64,000 nucleotides of DNA from Podarcis liolepis (Eukaryota). Positions 52,506 through 64,000 of the stretch are shown one piece after another (the stretch's first letter is position 1; the number at the start of each line of letters is the position of its first letter). The stretch lies in the NCBI GenBank assembly GCA_965112155.1, contig OZ218099.1; one strand, written 5' to 3'. The notes under the pieces were generated by a model, which was given only the letters and a program-made list of their open reading frames with translations, was not told the origin of the DNA and did not search any database. The position numbers and the translations under genes were made by a program.

Positions 52506-53828
52506 CTGCAGAAAAAAGAAAAGGTAATTAGATGGGACTTGGGGTATGTAACCAATGTTGCTAGGATACTGTAAAAACATATAGAGATTGCTTCCAATTC
52601 AGTCAAGAAAAGCTTTACAGGTCAAGAGTTCTGCTGCCATACTGATTCATTGTTTTTACTTTCTACCCCCTTCTGTTGCATATTGCAGCATGCAGAATTC
52701 TAGTTCTATATTACAGCAGGCAAGGGATATGAGATGTACCATGTGTTTGCAAGCACCCACTCAGTAGGATGGCCACTTTCTATATCACGGATGGGATCTT
52801 TTTGGTACCGCAGGCCAGATACCCATGAGCCAACTCTGACAGGTAGGTGAGTGGGACAACCCACCTCCCAAATCATATGGCATCATGTGACATCACATGA
52901 TTGACAGGAGGGTTCTCCAACCTACATCTCAAAACAGTCTGCAGGCTTGGGGACTCACAGCACAAGACATGGTGCCAGCACTGTGCTTGGCACTTTGGAA
53001 AGCTCCAAGCACAAGGCTAGCAAAGTGCTGCTTTCTCCTCTCTCATCCTCATTGGAGGCAGGGAAGAAAGAACCCTGTATCATACAGGCATCACTGCACA
53101 AGAGAGAAATCTCTATCAGAGCCAATGTCTGCATAAAGCAGTCCTCTTCCCAGTTATGGATAAAAAAATGGGGGTGCTATTCAACTAAGTCTTACTCAAA
53201 GTACTTTCAATGAAATACATGAACCTAAGTTAGAGCAGAACCATTGACATTAAAGGGCATAACAGAACTAAACATTGAATACCACCTCAAAGACAAGCAA
53301 ACCCAATTTTCCCGATGCTTCCTTTGGCTGTGTGACCTGTTCCTAGGAGGGACAGATGCACGCAGCCAAACTGAGCAGGGTTTAACCATTGCTCATCAGC
53401 TGATGCGTGAGGGGTTTAACCCTGCTAGGAACAGGTACCCACAACAATGCAGTAACCTGCACTGATGTCACTGATTGACAGGTGGACATGATTGGACAGG
53501 CCAAACTCGATCTGCTGGTGGGCCAATATGCACAATGGAAGAGAAATTGGTTTTCACAATAAAATTAAATACAAAACATGAAGCTTAATAACAAATAAAT
53601 TCTGACTACACCACCCAATAAGAGTCTCCAGTTCTACTGGAGACTATGAAAAGCTGGAGAGCTATTGACAGTCAGTGTTGAGATTACCAAAACAGATAGA
53701 CTAATAATCTGATTCAGTGTAAAACAGATTTCTGTGTTCCTAGCTCTTGAAACAAGTGAAGTGGTTCACAGAGATACACAGACTACATGCTTAGTGCAGC
53801 AAGAAAACAATTAGGGGCAGACACTCAC

Positions 53829-53915
53829 TTTACCATAGTTGGTTGTGGTTACATTCCATTTGCGCACTCGATTCCCATCGTAAGCATATGAATCCGGAGT
53901 GTCTCCAACTCCTTC
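53829..53915 (-). CDS. RNF123: RNF123 exon 8 (SPRY)
   Basis: [29 protein letters not shown]; 87 nt. Confidence 0.95.
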
Positions 53916-54084
53916 CTATGCAACATGAAAACCAAAAGCAAACCTTTACCAAAGATCACAATTAAGATTTTGCATTCCAATAATATGCCTTCTTCAACCA
54001 CTGTCACTGACATACCAAAAAGGACTGAGAAACTTGTAGGCTGGGAGAAACAGACTTGAGAGAAATAGTCATATGGGTAACATA

Positions 54085-54874
54085 CAAGGTGTGACCCGAC
54101 AGTTCGGTGAATGGTCACAGAAACTAGACGGCGAGAATATTCGAACATACAAGCCTTCAAAGTAGGCCCCCTCTGATACAATGCACCATTGACAACGTTC
54201 ATAGAACTGTTGGAAACTTCTGGAGAAGTCCTCTTTTCATACTGCTTTCAGTTCCCTCGTCACAGCAGCTTGGATGTGTGAAATGTTGGAAAATCTGTGC
54301 CCTTTCAGTGCAGATTTCAGTTTTGGAAAAAGAAAGAAATCCGGTGGGGCCAGATTAGGAGAATATAGAAGGTAGGGCAGCTCAGTAACCTCAGTAATGA
54401 TTTCATGTGGAATATGTAATTCTTCCGCCATCATTCGGATGGAGAAACGCCGATCCCACATCAATAACTCATGAACTGTCAGCATTTGCCACCGCTTTGC
54501 TCGTCGACGGTCTGCCAGATTGCGGGTCTTCTTCGATAGTTTGCCGCCCTTCATGGAAATGCTTAAACCACTCATACACTGTCTTTCGAGTTACAGCTTC
54601 ATCTCTGTACACAATTGTGGGCATTTTGTGGGTTTCTGATGCCAATTTACCCAATTTGAAACAGAATTTCATATTGACTCTCTGCTCCATTTTCAATCAC
54701 ACTGCACTGCTACTAAACGCTACCGCATCAACGTAGGCCTGTCAACAAATGCCGAGACATGTGTGCATATGTTAGCTGAGATACGGACCAACGTCTCCCA
54801 CGTGGCTCTGTGAATCCGGCAGTTCCTATTATCGCATACAGGAGTGATTCACCCTACTTTCCAGTCACACCTTG
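54085..54874 (-). mobile_element. Internally deleted mariner transposon (790 bp)
   Basis: TA-flanked imperfect TIRs CAAGGTGTGAC...GGTGAAT; transposase remnants MEQRVNMKFCFKLGK...VYEWFKHF...SGRPSTS and YSPNLAPPDFFLFPKLK...GHRF. Confidence 0.92.
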
Positions 54875-55213
54875 TAATATACCAAGCATCCATGCCCATT
54901 TCTGGTAAGTATATACACTAGTAATTAGGTCCACTACTATATCCAACTTAAGTAGAGCACGAGTTGTGAAAAGGAATTACAGGTTCCCTTTTCCAAATTT
55001 CAGTTAAAACCCCTCTACAAAACCAGATTATATAGATATTGTCAAGATTTCAGTTCCCAGCAGACCTAGCTAACATGGGGTGATGGGAATAGTAGTCTAA
55101 CAAGGGGCCACAGGTAATTTCTGGGATTTCCAGCCTTGGAACTTCAGGTAAAGAGTGATGTCTAAATATAAATACAATAAGTAAGAAAATAAATAAATAT
55201 GCTCTTGCATTAC

Positions 55214-55299
55214 CTCTTGATTGAATCGGCAATTGAGAGTGCACCAACCAATTTGCATAAGGCCTTGGGATGAAATCAGCACCTCATAGATCCATTTTC
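55214..55299 (-). CDS. RNF123: RNF123 exon 7 (SPRY)
   Basis: [29 protein letters not shown]; 86 nt. Confidence 0.95.
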
Positions 55300-55672
55300 C
55301 TAAAAGAAAATATAGCAGCAAATGTGTCAAATGAAAAATTCTCTGTTAAATGCTATTAACATATAAAACTAGAATAGTCCAAAGGTTTGGCAGCCAGAAG
55401 AGTTCAAAAGGATGAATTCATTCTTCCAAAACCCCTGATTGATTTGTTTAGTATCACACTACCCTACAACAAAAAGCTGTCTGGGTGGCATGTCCAGTGT
55501 CTGACATTTTCTGCAAAAACCTGAAACAAATGTGGCCCCAAAATTAAAGTCAGGAATTTGTTTAAATCTCATTGTTAATAAATTCTCATCTCAAGTTGCT
55601 GTTCACTAGCAGCACACATTATGCCACTTGGACCAGTACCATGGGTTAGTGCATATTTTTTCTAGTCCTTAC

Positions 55673-55727
55673 CTTTATACACACAGGTAGTAGCCCTGAT
55701 AGAGCCAAAGTTACTATGTCCAATTAC
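55673..55727 (-). CDS. RNF123: RNF123 exon 6 (SPRY)
   Basis: VIGHSNFGSIRATTCVYK; AG/GT, 55 nt. Confidence 0.93.
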
Positions 55728-55948
55728 CTGAATTGGGAAACAAAGGAGGAAGACAGTCACACACCATGATTGTGTGTTTTCCATTATCAAGGGTTTCATT
55801 ACATCTTGCAAATGTGTGTGTGTTGGCGGCGGGGTAAGTAAATCAGTTAAAGAAAGTATTAGGTCACTTTCAATTAATCAAATCATAGAACTTCCACAAT
55901 AGGTTGCTCTCATTTTACACCAGGATTGGGCCCACTCAAAAATCAGGA

Positions 55949-56040
55949 CAGGAAGCAATTATGTGGGCATGCTTGTTGTTACATCTGTGTTTGGTGTAAC
56001 ACAGATGTAACAACAAGCATGCCCACATAATTGCTTCCTG
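55949..56040. repeat. Perfect inverted repeat, 43-bp arms, 6-nt loop
   Basis: 55949-55991 is the exact reverse complement of 55998-56040. Confidence 0.97.
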
Positions 56041-58284
56041 ATTCCATTTCTCCTAGACAAAACACCCAGTGCCAAAAACAGAAAACTGGCTTTGGAGAAG
56101 TCACAACCTGTGCTGACCCCATTACTGGCCCAATGAGCTGCTTGGTCAAGTTGTGGAGGGGATCAGCATGGAATAAAAGCCTGGAGCAGGCCAACTGCAG
56201 GAACCAGATGGGCTGCAGGAGAGTGTGTCCAAAGATTTGTCAGAAGCAGCAAGACCAAGAAAGAGAGTGCCAAAAGGAATGATCAAGGAGCGATCACAGA
56301 TGGGACAACACACTGTTTCAGTACATAATGACTATAAAAACTGACAGCAGTGCCAACAGCCCTAAAGGCACTTCCTCTATTGTTAGGCAGCCATAGGCAC
56401 TCAGCCATAGGATTGGTAGCTAGGTAGTGCATAACAACAGCCACTGGTAAGTTCAGGGCAAAGCTGGTTCTGTCCTTCCTGTCTCAGCTGAGAACTGGAA
56501 CCCAGTGAGACATGTTGACAAGAAAAACGTTCAAAGCAAACCTCCACTAACCCAGTACACAAACATATCAACAGTAGAACATAGACAAGTAGAAAGTAAT
56601 TCTCTAGTGGGGGTTGAGGCAGAGGGGGAGAAGGAAGACAGCAATTATCAGAAACAAACCTTTAAAGACCAATAGAAGACAACAAAGAATATGTAGGCAG
56701 TGTTTAAAACAGAACACTTAAGCTGAGTGTTAACAGGTGGGCAGCAAGATACATAGAGGCATAATAAAAGAATGAGTTGTGCAATGCAAACTACAGAGAA
56801 GTAAGAAATTTCAGACTTAAAAGCATAGGTGGGCTTATCAGAACATTTTATTTATTTGTTTATAACATGTACATCCCAACCTTCACTGCATGCTATAAGG
56901 GCTGCTTATAACAGATCAAGTTATATAAAACTATCCCAAAACATGTACATTGCTGTATCATGCCTCATTTAAAATTCAGTATACAAGTCACTTTATCTGA
57001 CAGCAGTGTAAAACATACAGATTTCTGCTGTGCCTTATAGGATTGACAAAAGAGAAACATATTTACCCAACATCAAAAACCTGATTTGATGCCTACCTGA
57101 TTCCAGAGGGGAGAAAGTTCCTCCACCAGGATGCCACCAGGGAGAAGATCCTATTCTGAGTCCTGGGCAACTAGAGTTCAGTTGGTGATAGCACACAACT
57201 AACAATGTGTCTCCAGCACATCTCAACTCATAGGCAGAACAGTACATGGACAGGTGCTGTTTCAGATAGCTGAGTTCCTAGCTGTTCAGGGCTTTATATA
57301 TCAGTCAACATCTAGAATTGGGCTCAGTGACACATAGATAGCCAGTGCAAACGCTTCAAATTTGGTGCTATATGATCACAGGCAGTATAGCTCTTCAAAA
57401 TGTCCACAGCCTCATTCTGCATTACAACTGTGCTCACAGAACTGTGTCCTACACAGAGCAGCTAGAGAACCAGATGGAGCAGGAATAAGGCACTCCACAC
57501 CACTGTGGCCACCTGGGTATCAAGAAGTACCCCTAGACTACATATTTGATCCTTAAAGGAGAATGCAACTCCATCCAAAAAAGTTGTGTACCTAATTCCT
57601 GAATCTGGGAACCACCAGCAGCTCTCCCAAGAACCAAGGAACCATCTGAACTCAAAACTTAAGAAGAACCATGCTATAACAGCAACCAAAGGGAAGGTTA
57701 TAATGAAGACCTGACAAGTGTTATCAAAAGGGAGAAACCCTATCAGCAACTCTAGCATAAAACACATTTTCTATTAACATCAAACCAATGGCGGCATGAT
57801 AGTGGCTCTATGTTGACCACAGTTAATAAATAGGAAATATTTTCTTAAACATGCAGTCTCTCCACATATCACCTTCACTCCCTAGACAAAATTTTCCCAT
57901 TAACCTCAGTTATATAGTTTGCCAGCAACATTAGCAATTAATGTTTGCCTTAAATTAGAATCTCAAACTGCAGTCTCAGATTATAGTTAAATGGTAACCT
58001 TAGTTAACCTTCATCACAGTTGACATAACTGCTGACAAGCTGCTTAATGGTGAGGAAGGGGATTCGCTCCAGAAAGAGGAGTGGCAGGAGATAGGAAATG
58101 CACACTCAGCTTATTAGCCAATATTAGCAGGGAACCAGTGTTACCTAAGCCCAAAAGCAAAAGGAGAGTGAGGACATACAGAGACCAAAAAATGAAGTGA
58201 GAAAACACCAGCACAGACTTTAAAGACCGACCTAGAGTCCCCAGTGACAAGTCAGCCCATTCACAGCGTTTACCTCACACTCAC

Positions 58285-58382
58285 CCCAAGTAGGTCATCA
58301 TCCACCAACAGGAGCCCTTCAAAACCACTGGTATGATCCAACACCACAGTAGAAGGGCCAAGCCTGCCCTCTACCCCCTGAT
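58285..58382 (-). CDS. RNF123: RNF123 exon 5
   Basis: [33 protein letters not shown]; AG/GT, 98 nt. Confidence 0.93.
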
Positions 58383-58581
58383 CTGAAATGAAAGTTGAAG
58401 GAATGACAATGAGAAATATTTGCGAAGCAACAACATAAGAGATACAGTAATTGAGACAAGGCAACTCTATGTTCAGTTTTATGGCAAAAGAAAGAGGCAC
58501 AAGCATCAGTTAGGATATTATATGGTTATTTTTCTTCTCCTGAACACAGAGGACGTTCCTCAAAGATAGAGACATTTCATA

Positions 58582-58750
58582 CATCCAAGCACAATTCTCC
58601 ATAGAATCCCATGTGTGGAGGGTAGGTGACATGTGTCTTTCGACAATGACACACATTAAATAGAAAAAATACTGAATATGTGTTATCGTTGTAAGACCCA
58701 TGTCACCTATCCTCCACACATGGGACTCTATGGAGAACTGTGCTTGGATG
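58582..58750. repeat. Long imperfect inverted repeat (76-bp arms, 17-nt loop), probable foldback MITE
   Basis: 58582-58657 vs 58675-58750, 9 mismatches by hand alignment; flanks TA / AA. Confidence 0.9.
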
Positions 58751-58989
58751 AATCAAACTGTTTCAATGAATACTGCTCTGAACATCAAAGAGGCTGATAT
58801 ACTGCAAACCTTCTGTGTAGTTGGCCATTTCTTTTCCCAAAATAGATATTATGTTTATCTGACAAAACTTAATAAAAATACATTTTTAAAGAAAGAAAGA
58901 CCACCAGGAAGGGAACTAGGGTTAGGTGGAAAGTCCCCATAATATGCTATTCTGCTTTCTCTTAAGGCAATTGCAAAATGAGCAGACAC

Positions 58990-59415
58990 CAGAGGCACCA
59001 GCTTCTGAAAAAGACTGAGGGGCCCCGGTGCAATGTCATGACATCACACATGCAAGGTCACAAGGAGCCAGGGAATGGAGCCAAACATGGTGGCAGCACA
59101 GCCTCTGTCCTCCCCTTCCCTCTGCCATGCAAGGTAAAGATGGGGGAAGCCGCTCCCAGCTAGTGGCGGTAGCAGCAGCAGCAACCAATGACCACTGAGC
59201 TATGCCACGCTTGGCTCCAGTATAGGCTGCTTCCCCCGTCCCTTCCCCATACGGCAGGAGGAGGAGGAGGAGCCACAGGCCACTGAAGCTGCACTGCGCC
59301 TGGCTCTGTGTTCGCCCTCCTCCTCCTGCTGAACATTGGGGGCCCGGCCCCCTCAAAAAACAAACAAACAATGGGGGGCACAAAGTCCCTCGGCCCCTTG
59401 GAGCTGGCACTTATG
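58990..59415. mobile_element. Older non-autonomous hAT-like element with GC-rich interior
   Basis: Termini cagaggcaccagcttc / ggagctggcacttatg; degenerate 8-bp TSD gcagacac/gcagacgt. Confidence 0.6.
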
Positions 59416-59436
59416 GCAGACGTTGTATATATTTAC

Positions 59437-59516
59437 CTTGACCATCTTCTGAGACAGCATCTTCTGCCAGCAATCGTTCTACGTGTTCTTGTAGGTTTTG
59501 AAAGGAGAGGTGCTTT
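59437..59516 (-). CDS. RNF123: RNF123 exon 4
   Basis: RKHLSFQNLQEHVERLLAEDAVSEDGQ; AG/GT, 80 nt. Confidence 0.88.
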
Positions 59517-61217
59517 CTAGGAATAAAGTGAAGTATCCTTCAACAGTTTTTATATAATTCCCCATGGAGAGACTCACATGAATTGTTAACCAGAGTTTCT
59601 TCACTACTTCAGCACGATCCTCCATAAACTATTGATTTAATAAAGCTACATGGTATGTTTAATAGATTAAATAGCCCAGGGACACAACTACTTGAAAGGA
59701 CCAGAAACTAAAATCTTAGACAAATAAAAATAGCTTCTATAGAGAAAATGACGTCATGGATTCTAAGAGACACACTCTGGCGCTCACCAACATGAACAAA
59801 TTAATTATTTTGCAACTCTTTCCTTCTAGTGTGAATTTTGAACACAACGCTATAGAGTATTCAAATCCCAACTGCCAAGATTCTTTATGGCTTCCTATTG
59901 GACTGCTGTAGTGAAGCAGACATGCACAATTTGTGACTAAGATGAATAAAACCCACCAGCCAGGTCCTGTGTCCTTTCAGCTTCATAACACTGCTATGTT
60001 TTTACAGTTCCAGGCAGACAGAAAAAAGAGAGCTGCTGTTGGCTGCCACACGTGGCTGGTGGGCTGTATTAGGTTGGTGGATCACAATGCGTTGAGGCCT
60101 ATGCAGCAGAACCCCTAAATCCAACAGGAGCTATGAATTAATCTAAGCTCCTTTTTCAGCTTTTAAAGAATAAACCAAAGGAATTTAATGCTGAAAGTTT
60201 TGACACCAACCCCCCCCCAAAAAAAAACATGGTAGAATGATGAATTGGAGCATTCCAACAGTACACTGGGAAAGCTGTGGCAAACAACAAGAAACAACTC
60301 TATTCCTCCTCCTCCTCCTGGTAACTGCTACTCACCAGAAGGAAAAAGGGATGAAGGTTATTTTTAGTAGCACTGACAACTCAGTTGTGAGTTCAGAAGC
60401 TAAGTATATAGTGGGCGGAATTTGACCCCAGCAGATCTTTAAATACAAACATACAACAGACGTTCTTCCAGAGCAACATTCACATGAGAGGTCTCAATAC
60501 GAGGATTCCAATGTGTACAAGAAAATGCAATTAGAGGACTTTGCTAAAGGCCTTGTTTTGTGATTTCCTAGTCGACTCAGAAGGATTATACATAACTGGC
60601 AAGGGACGAGTGTAAAGCAATTTTAAAAATCACAATCACACAAAAGAAATGAAAAAATAATCAAAGAAAGCTAACATCGTCATTTCACATGAGAAGTACT
60701 TGAAACTAGCTTTGATAATATAAACATAACATATTGAGACACATTCATTTAAATTAATAGTGGACATGTATCAATCATTTTTAAGTTTTTAATAATCTAA
60801 CAGTGTAATCCTAACCATGTCTACTCAGAAGCAAGTCAAATTGAATTCAATAAGATTTACTACCAGGTAAGTGAAGTTACAACTACAGCCTTAAATATTT
60901 CTTAAATAGTATAAAGGCATTCAGCTTTCATCATTATTTGCCATTTGTAAGTGTCATTTAGCCAGATTTACAGAAATTATAATTTAGATCAGTAAGTGCC
61001 ACACCCTTGGCCTCTCATACACACCTTCAAAACTAAGGCATGCAAGTTCTACTGTCTGAAAAGTCCCATCAGCATTATACCACATAAACACTTCAGCAGT
61101 AAAATGAAACTTTTGTCTCATCTAGGGTCAGCATTCAGCTGTGATCCTAAGCAGTACCATTAAAGTAACACCACAATACAATTTTGCTTGCTCTTCAGTG
61201 AATCAGAAGTCCAGTAC

Positions 61218-61302
61218 CTATATGCAGCAGTAGGCTGAGTTCCATCAGCAATGGGAAAGATGCGATGCAGATAATCATTCAGGAGTTTGCTGTTCACTAT
61301 CC
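61218..61302 (-). CDS. RNF123: RNF123 exon 3
   Basis: GIVNSKLLNDYLHRIFPIADGTQPTAAY; AG/GT boundaries, 85 nt. Confidence 0.9.
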
Positions 61303-61760
61303 CTATGAGAATGAGTAAAAAGCCAAGTCAGCAAGGAACAACCAGGTATTACCTCCAATATACCAATTTTACTTCTACAAGTGAGGCAAGATGAAATTAG
61401 GCAGCCCTGTTTCATTTATTTATTTCATTTACAGCCTGTCTTTCTTCCATAGAACTCAAAGCAGGTTGCAAGAGGTTCCCAGGAGGCCGCCCATCCAGAC
61501 ACACTCAGAGCTAGCTTCTGTAAGGCGGCTAAATCATATGACTTCAGCCTATGCTGTTGTCTATATAGATAATACTATATCATAGACTTAAACAGCAGAA
61601 ATATGGAGATTAATAAATCAGTTTTGATAAGCTCATCTCATAAATCACTTGATATGTTTACTTGAAAGATGACCCCAGTGAATTCAATGGGACTTACTCC
61701 CAAGTGTACACAGAATTTCAGCCAATGCCTCTAAGGCTATATCTCTATCAAATGTTTTTC

Positions 61761-61925
61761 CTTAGAGACCAGCTAAGTTTGTTCTTGGTATAAGCTTTCG
61801 TGTGCATGTACACTTTTTGCACACGAAAGCTTATACCAAGAACAAACTTAGTTGGTCTCTAAGATGCTACTGGACATATATATATATATATTCTGACTGT
61901 GTCAGACCAACACGGCTACCTACCT
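61761..61925. mobile_element. Penelope-like element terminal remnant forming a foldback
   Basis: 46-bp arms (61761-61806, 61818-61863, 1 mismatch) followed by ...cagaccaacacggctacc, resembling squamate PLE pseudo-LTR ends. Confidence 0.7.
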
Positions 61926-63516
61926 AAATGTTTTTTCCATATGTCTTAGTATATACAGCAAATAGAGGATACAGCATGCCTCTCATAAAGAGTGTTGTTT
62001 CTAGCTGAGACTCTACTTCCAGGTTTTTCATAGCAAAGTTACTAAATTTACTCCTGAAGGATTCAAATAGTGTGTTAATGTGTCTCTTGCCCCTCATTGT
62101 TGCCATGCTGCTATCTGAATGTTTGCACATTCTCTTGAGTTACTTGGCAGGAGGAGCTACAGCATGTTGCTTGAAATGACAGATCAATTTGGCCTGTCCT
62201 TGTTATCTCTCCTTGTCCCTCTGCTTCTCTTTGCACAGTCATAATGCAAATGTGCAGAGACCAGCCTACAGACAATGAAAGACAAGCCAAATAAACAATA
62301 AACCAAAAGAGCTGCACAGAAGGATTTTGTTATTCCCTAAGTTTCCTTAGCACTTTCTTTAACAGCTACAACTTAGCATTACACATGTGAGCATGGGATT
62401 CATAACAGTCCCTTTAAAAATTACCAGTACCAAGTAGCTGTTCTATTCAAGAGCCTATATCTGTAGGAACCTTGGTCTATGGTAAAATGCATTCACAAAT
62501 GATTATGCTGATCATTTCTCTATGATAACAATATTTTCAAACCGGAACACCTGTTAACTGCAAGTGAGGGTTGATTTGCATTAAGTTAAACCTTTTCCCA
62601 CCAGGTGAATTCTGCAATTACTTTGGGTCTGAGAGCCACATTCATCCAAGTGTTGTGATTTATTTATGGCATCCCAGCACTTCAGACCTAATTTCAGTCT
62701 GCAAAGGAAATGTCCATTTACAGGTGAGCTTTGAATCCAAATTGCGCCTGCAAATGGGCAACAGGCTGTCAGCATCAATGAGCAACCCCCATTTGCCAAG
62801 GCACAACTGACAGGCTCCGGATGGTTCCTTTGCAGCCGCATCATTACCTATTCCAAACCTGACATTGCATATGATGACAGTTGGGGGGTAGGAGAGCATG
62901 GTTTCAGGTTCCCCATTCCTGACTTAACCAAAACCATCTTCTCCATCTGTGTGAATTAAAAACTAACAGATAAAATAAGACAGATAAAACACCCTTTATC
63001 CCAATTTGAAATTCCATCCATGCTTTCCCCTGCCTCTCATAGGACAACACTGTTTTACATCAGATGACAAGCAAACCCATTTCAAACCCATTTCAACTAA
63101 TAATAATAATAATAATTTGTATTTATATCCCGCCCTCCCCAGCTGAAGCCGGGCTCAGGGCAGCTAACAACAATAAAACAGTACAAAAGTACAGCATACA
63201 ACACTTGGCCTTAAACAATGCATCAGATATTTAATAGCATTGTGCCAGGGACAAGTCTGGAGTGCTATGAAAGGTGAAACACCAAATACATGTTAATTCG
63301 TTTAAGCAGATTTAGCTTTGCCATTAGCTTGCACAACTGAACTAAGACCCCAAAAAAGTATCTGACAATGAAGTGGCAAGCTTGAATAGGTGGCAACTTT
63401 GTTTGCACAGCTAAGGTGCTGAAAACAGTGAATCTCTCTCCTAATTACGGTACTTGCTGACAAGATTTGTAAAAACAGCCTCCTCTTCCCCCAGTCATCC
63501 ACAACAGTATTCCTAC

Positions 63517-63598
63517 CTGCAACCTTGGTCTTCTCAGGCTCTGTGCTTAATCTATAGTTCTTCCGAGAAAATGTTGTTCCAGAAGCTCTTGATGTCAT
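63517..63598 (-). CDS. RNF123: RNF123 exon 2 coding part (exon begins 63634)
   Basis: MTSRASGTTFSRKNYRLSTEPEKTKVA(G); donor GTAGGA; upstream acceptor tttcAG. Confidence 0.9.
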
Positions 63599-64000
63599 AA
63601 TTCAGGTCAACTTGAATGGCCACTAATCTCAAAGCTGAAATAGGGGGGAAATTGACCAATTAGAAATGAAAACACTTGCAACAAAGAAGGATGCAACTAT
63701 TCACAAAACTGGAAGAAAGTAGCAAGGTAACTATACACATTTTTTTGTATTTGCCCTGCTTCTAAATGTGTACATACTCTGGCATAAAACTCACTGCCTC
63801 TAATAATATACTATAAATTTGTTAAGAAAACAAGTACAAAAACTCCAAAGCATTTCACTGTCTGCAGGATGAATACTGGAGCGCATCTAGGTTAATATGT
63901 AGAAAATTTTGCCTCATAAACTTAAAATGATTTCATTTAAGAAAAGCTAGAAAAGAAGATCTGCATTTTTCCTAGTCGTAACAGAAAACTAGCAAAATAA

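Larger units (their letters stand above)
18771..63634 (-). other. RNF123: RNF123 (KPC1) gene span, exons 2-35 visible; gene continues beyond both window edges
   Basis: 34 exons join in frame (3497 nt) into a protein closely matching recalled human RNF123 (SPRY domain, [36 protein letters not shown]). Confidence 0.97.

Noticed and set aside
52760-53525. Possible degraded DNA-transposon remnants with short inverted ends (e.g. acctgttcctag...ctaggaacaggt)
   Set aside because: Boundaries and TSDs could not be fixed by eye
58378-58382. Alternative acceptor 5 nt downstream at exon 5 (ttcAG|atcAG)
   Set aside because: Would frameshift; only the upstream AG keeps phase

Overview
Vertebrate (squamate, probably lacertid lizard, judged from Sauria-SINE and MITE content) genomic DNA. 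The window is almost wholly one gene on the minus strand, RNF123/KPC1 (SPRY-domain RING E3 ligase). I traced 34 coding exons (2-35 in human numbering), 3497 nt with every phase consistent, from the ATG at 63598 down to 18771. Exon 1 and the last exons (RING domain) lie outside the window. AMIGO3 (LRR-Ig membrane protein, single coding exon 297-1844, plus strand) is nested antisense in the >18.7 kb intron after exon 35. RNF123 uses three non-standard introns: a U12 AT-AC intron (50550-51601), a U12 GT-AG intron (46113-47448) and a GC-AG intron (38107-40381). Introns carry CR1 and L2 LINE fragments, SINEs, three copies of a Tigger/pogo-like MITE with a variable internal array, hAT MITEs, a deleted mariner and a Penelope-like foldback. 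The most unusual object is a young-looking 1031-bp non-autonomous hAT element (24766-25796; perfect 15-bp TIRs, exact 8-bp TSD) filled with CpG-island/promoter-like sequence, a candidate cargo-carrying 'Pack-hAT'. Three long hairpins sit in the 5' introns, one a perfect 43-bp palindrome. All family names come from motif recall; no database search was run.
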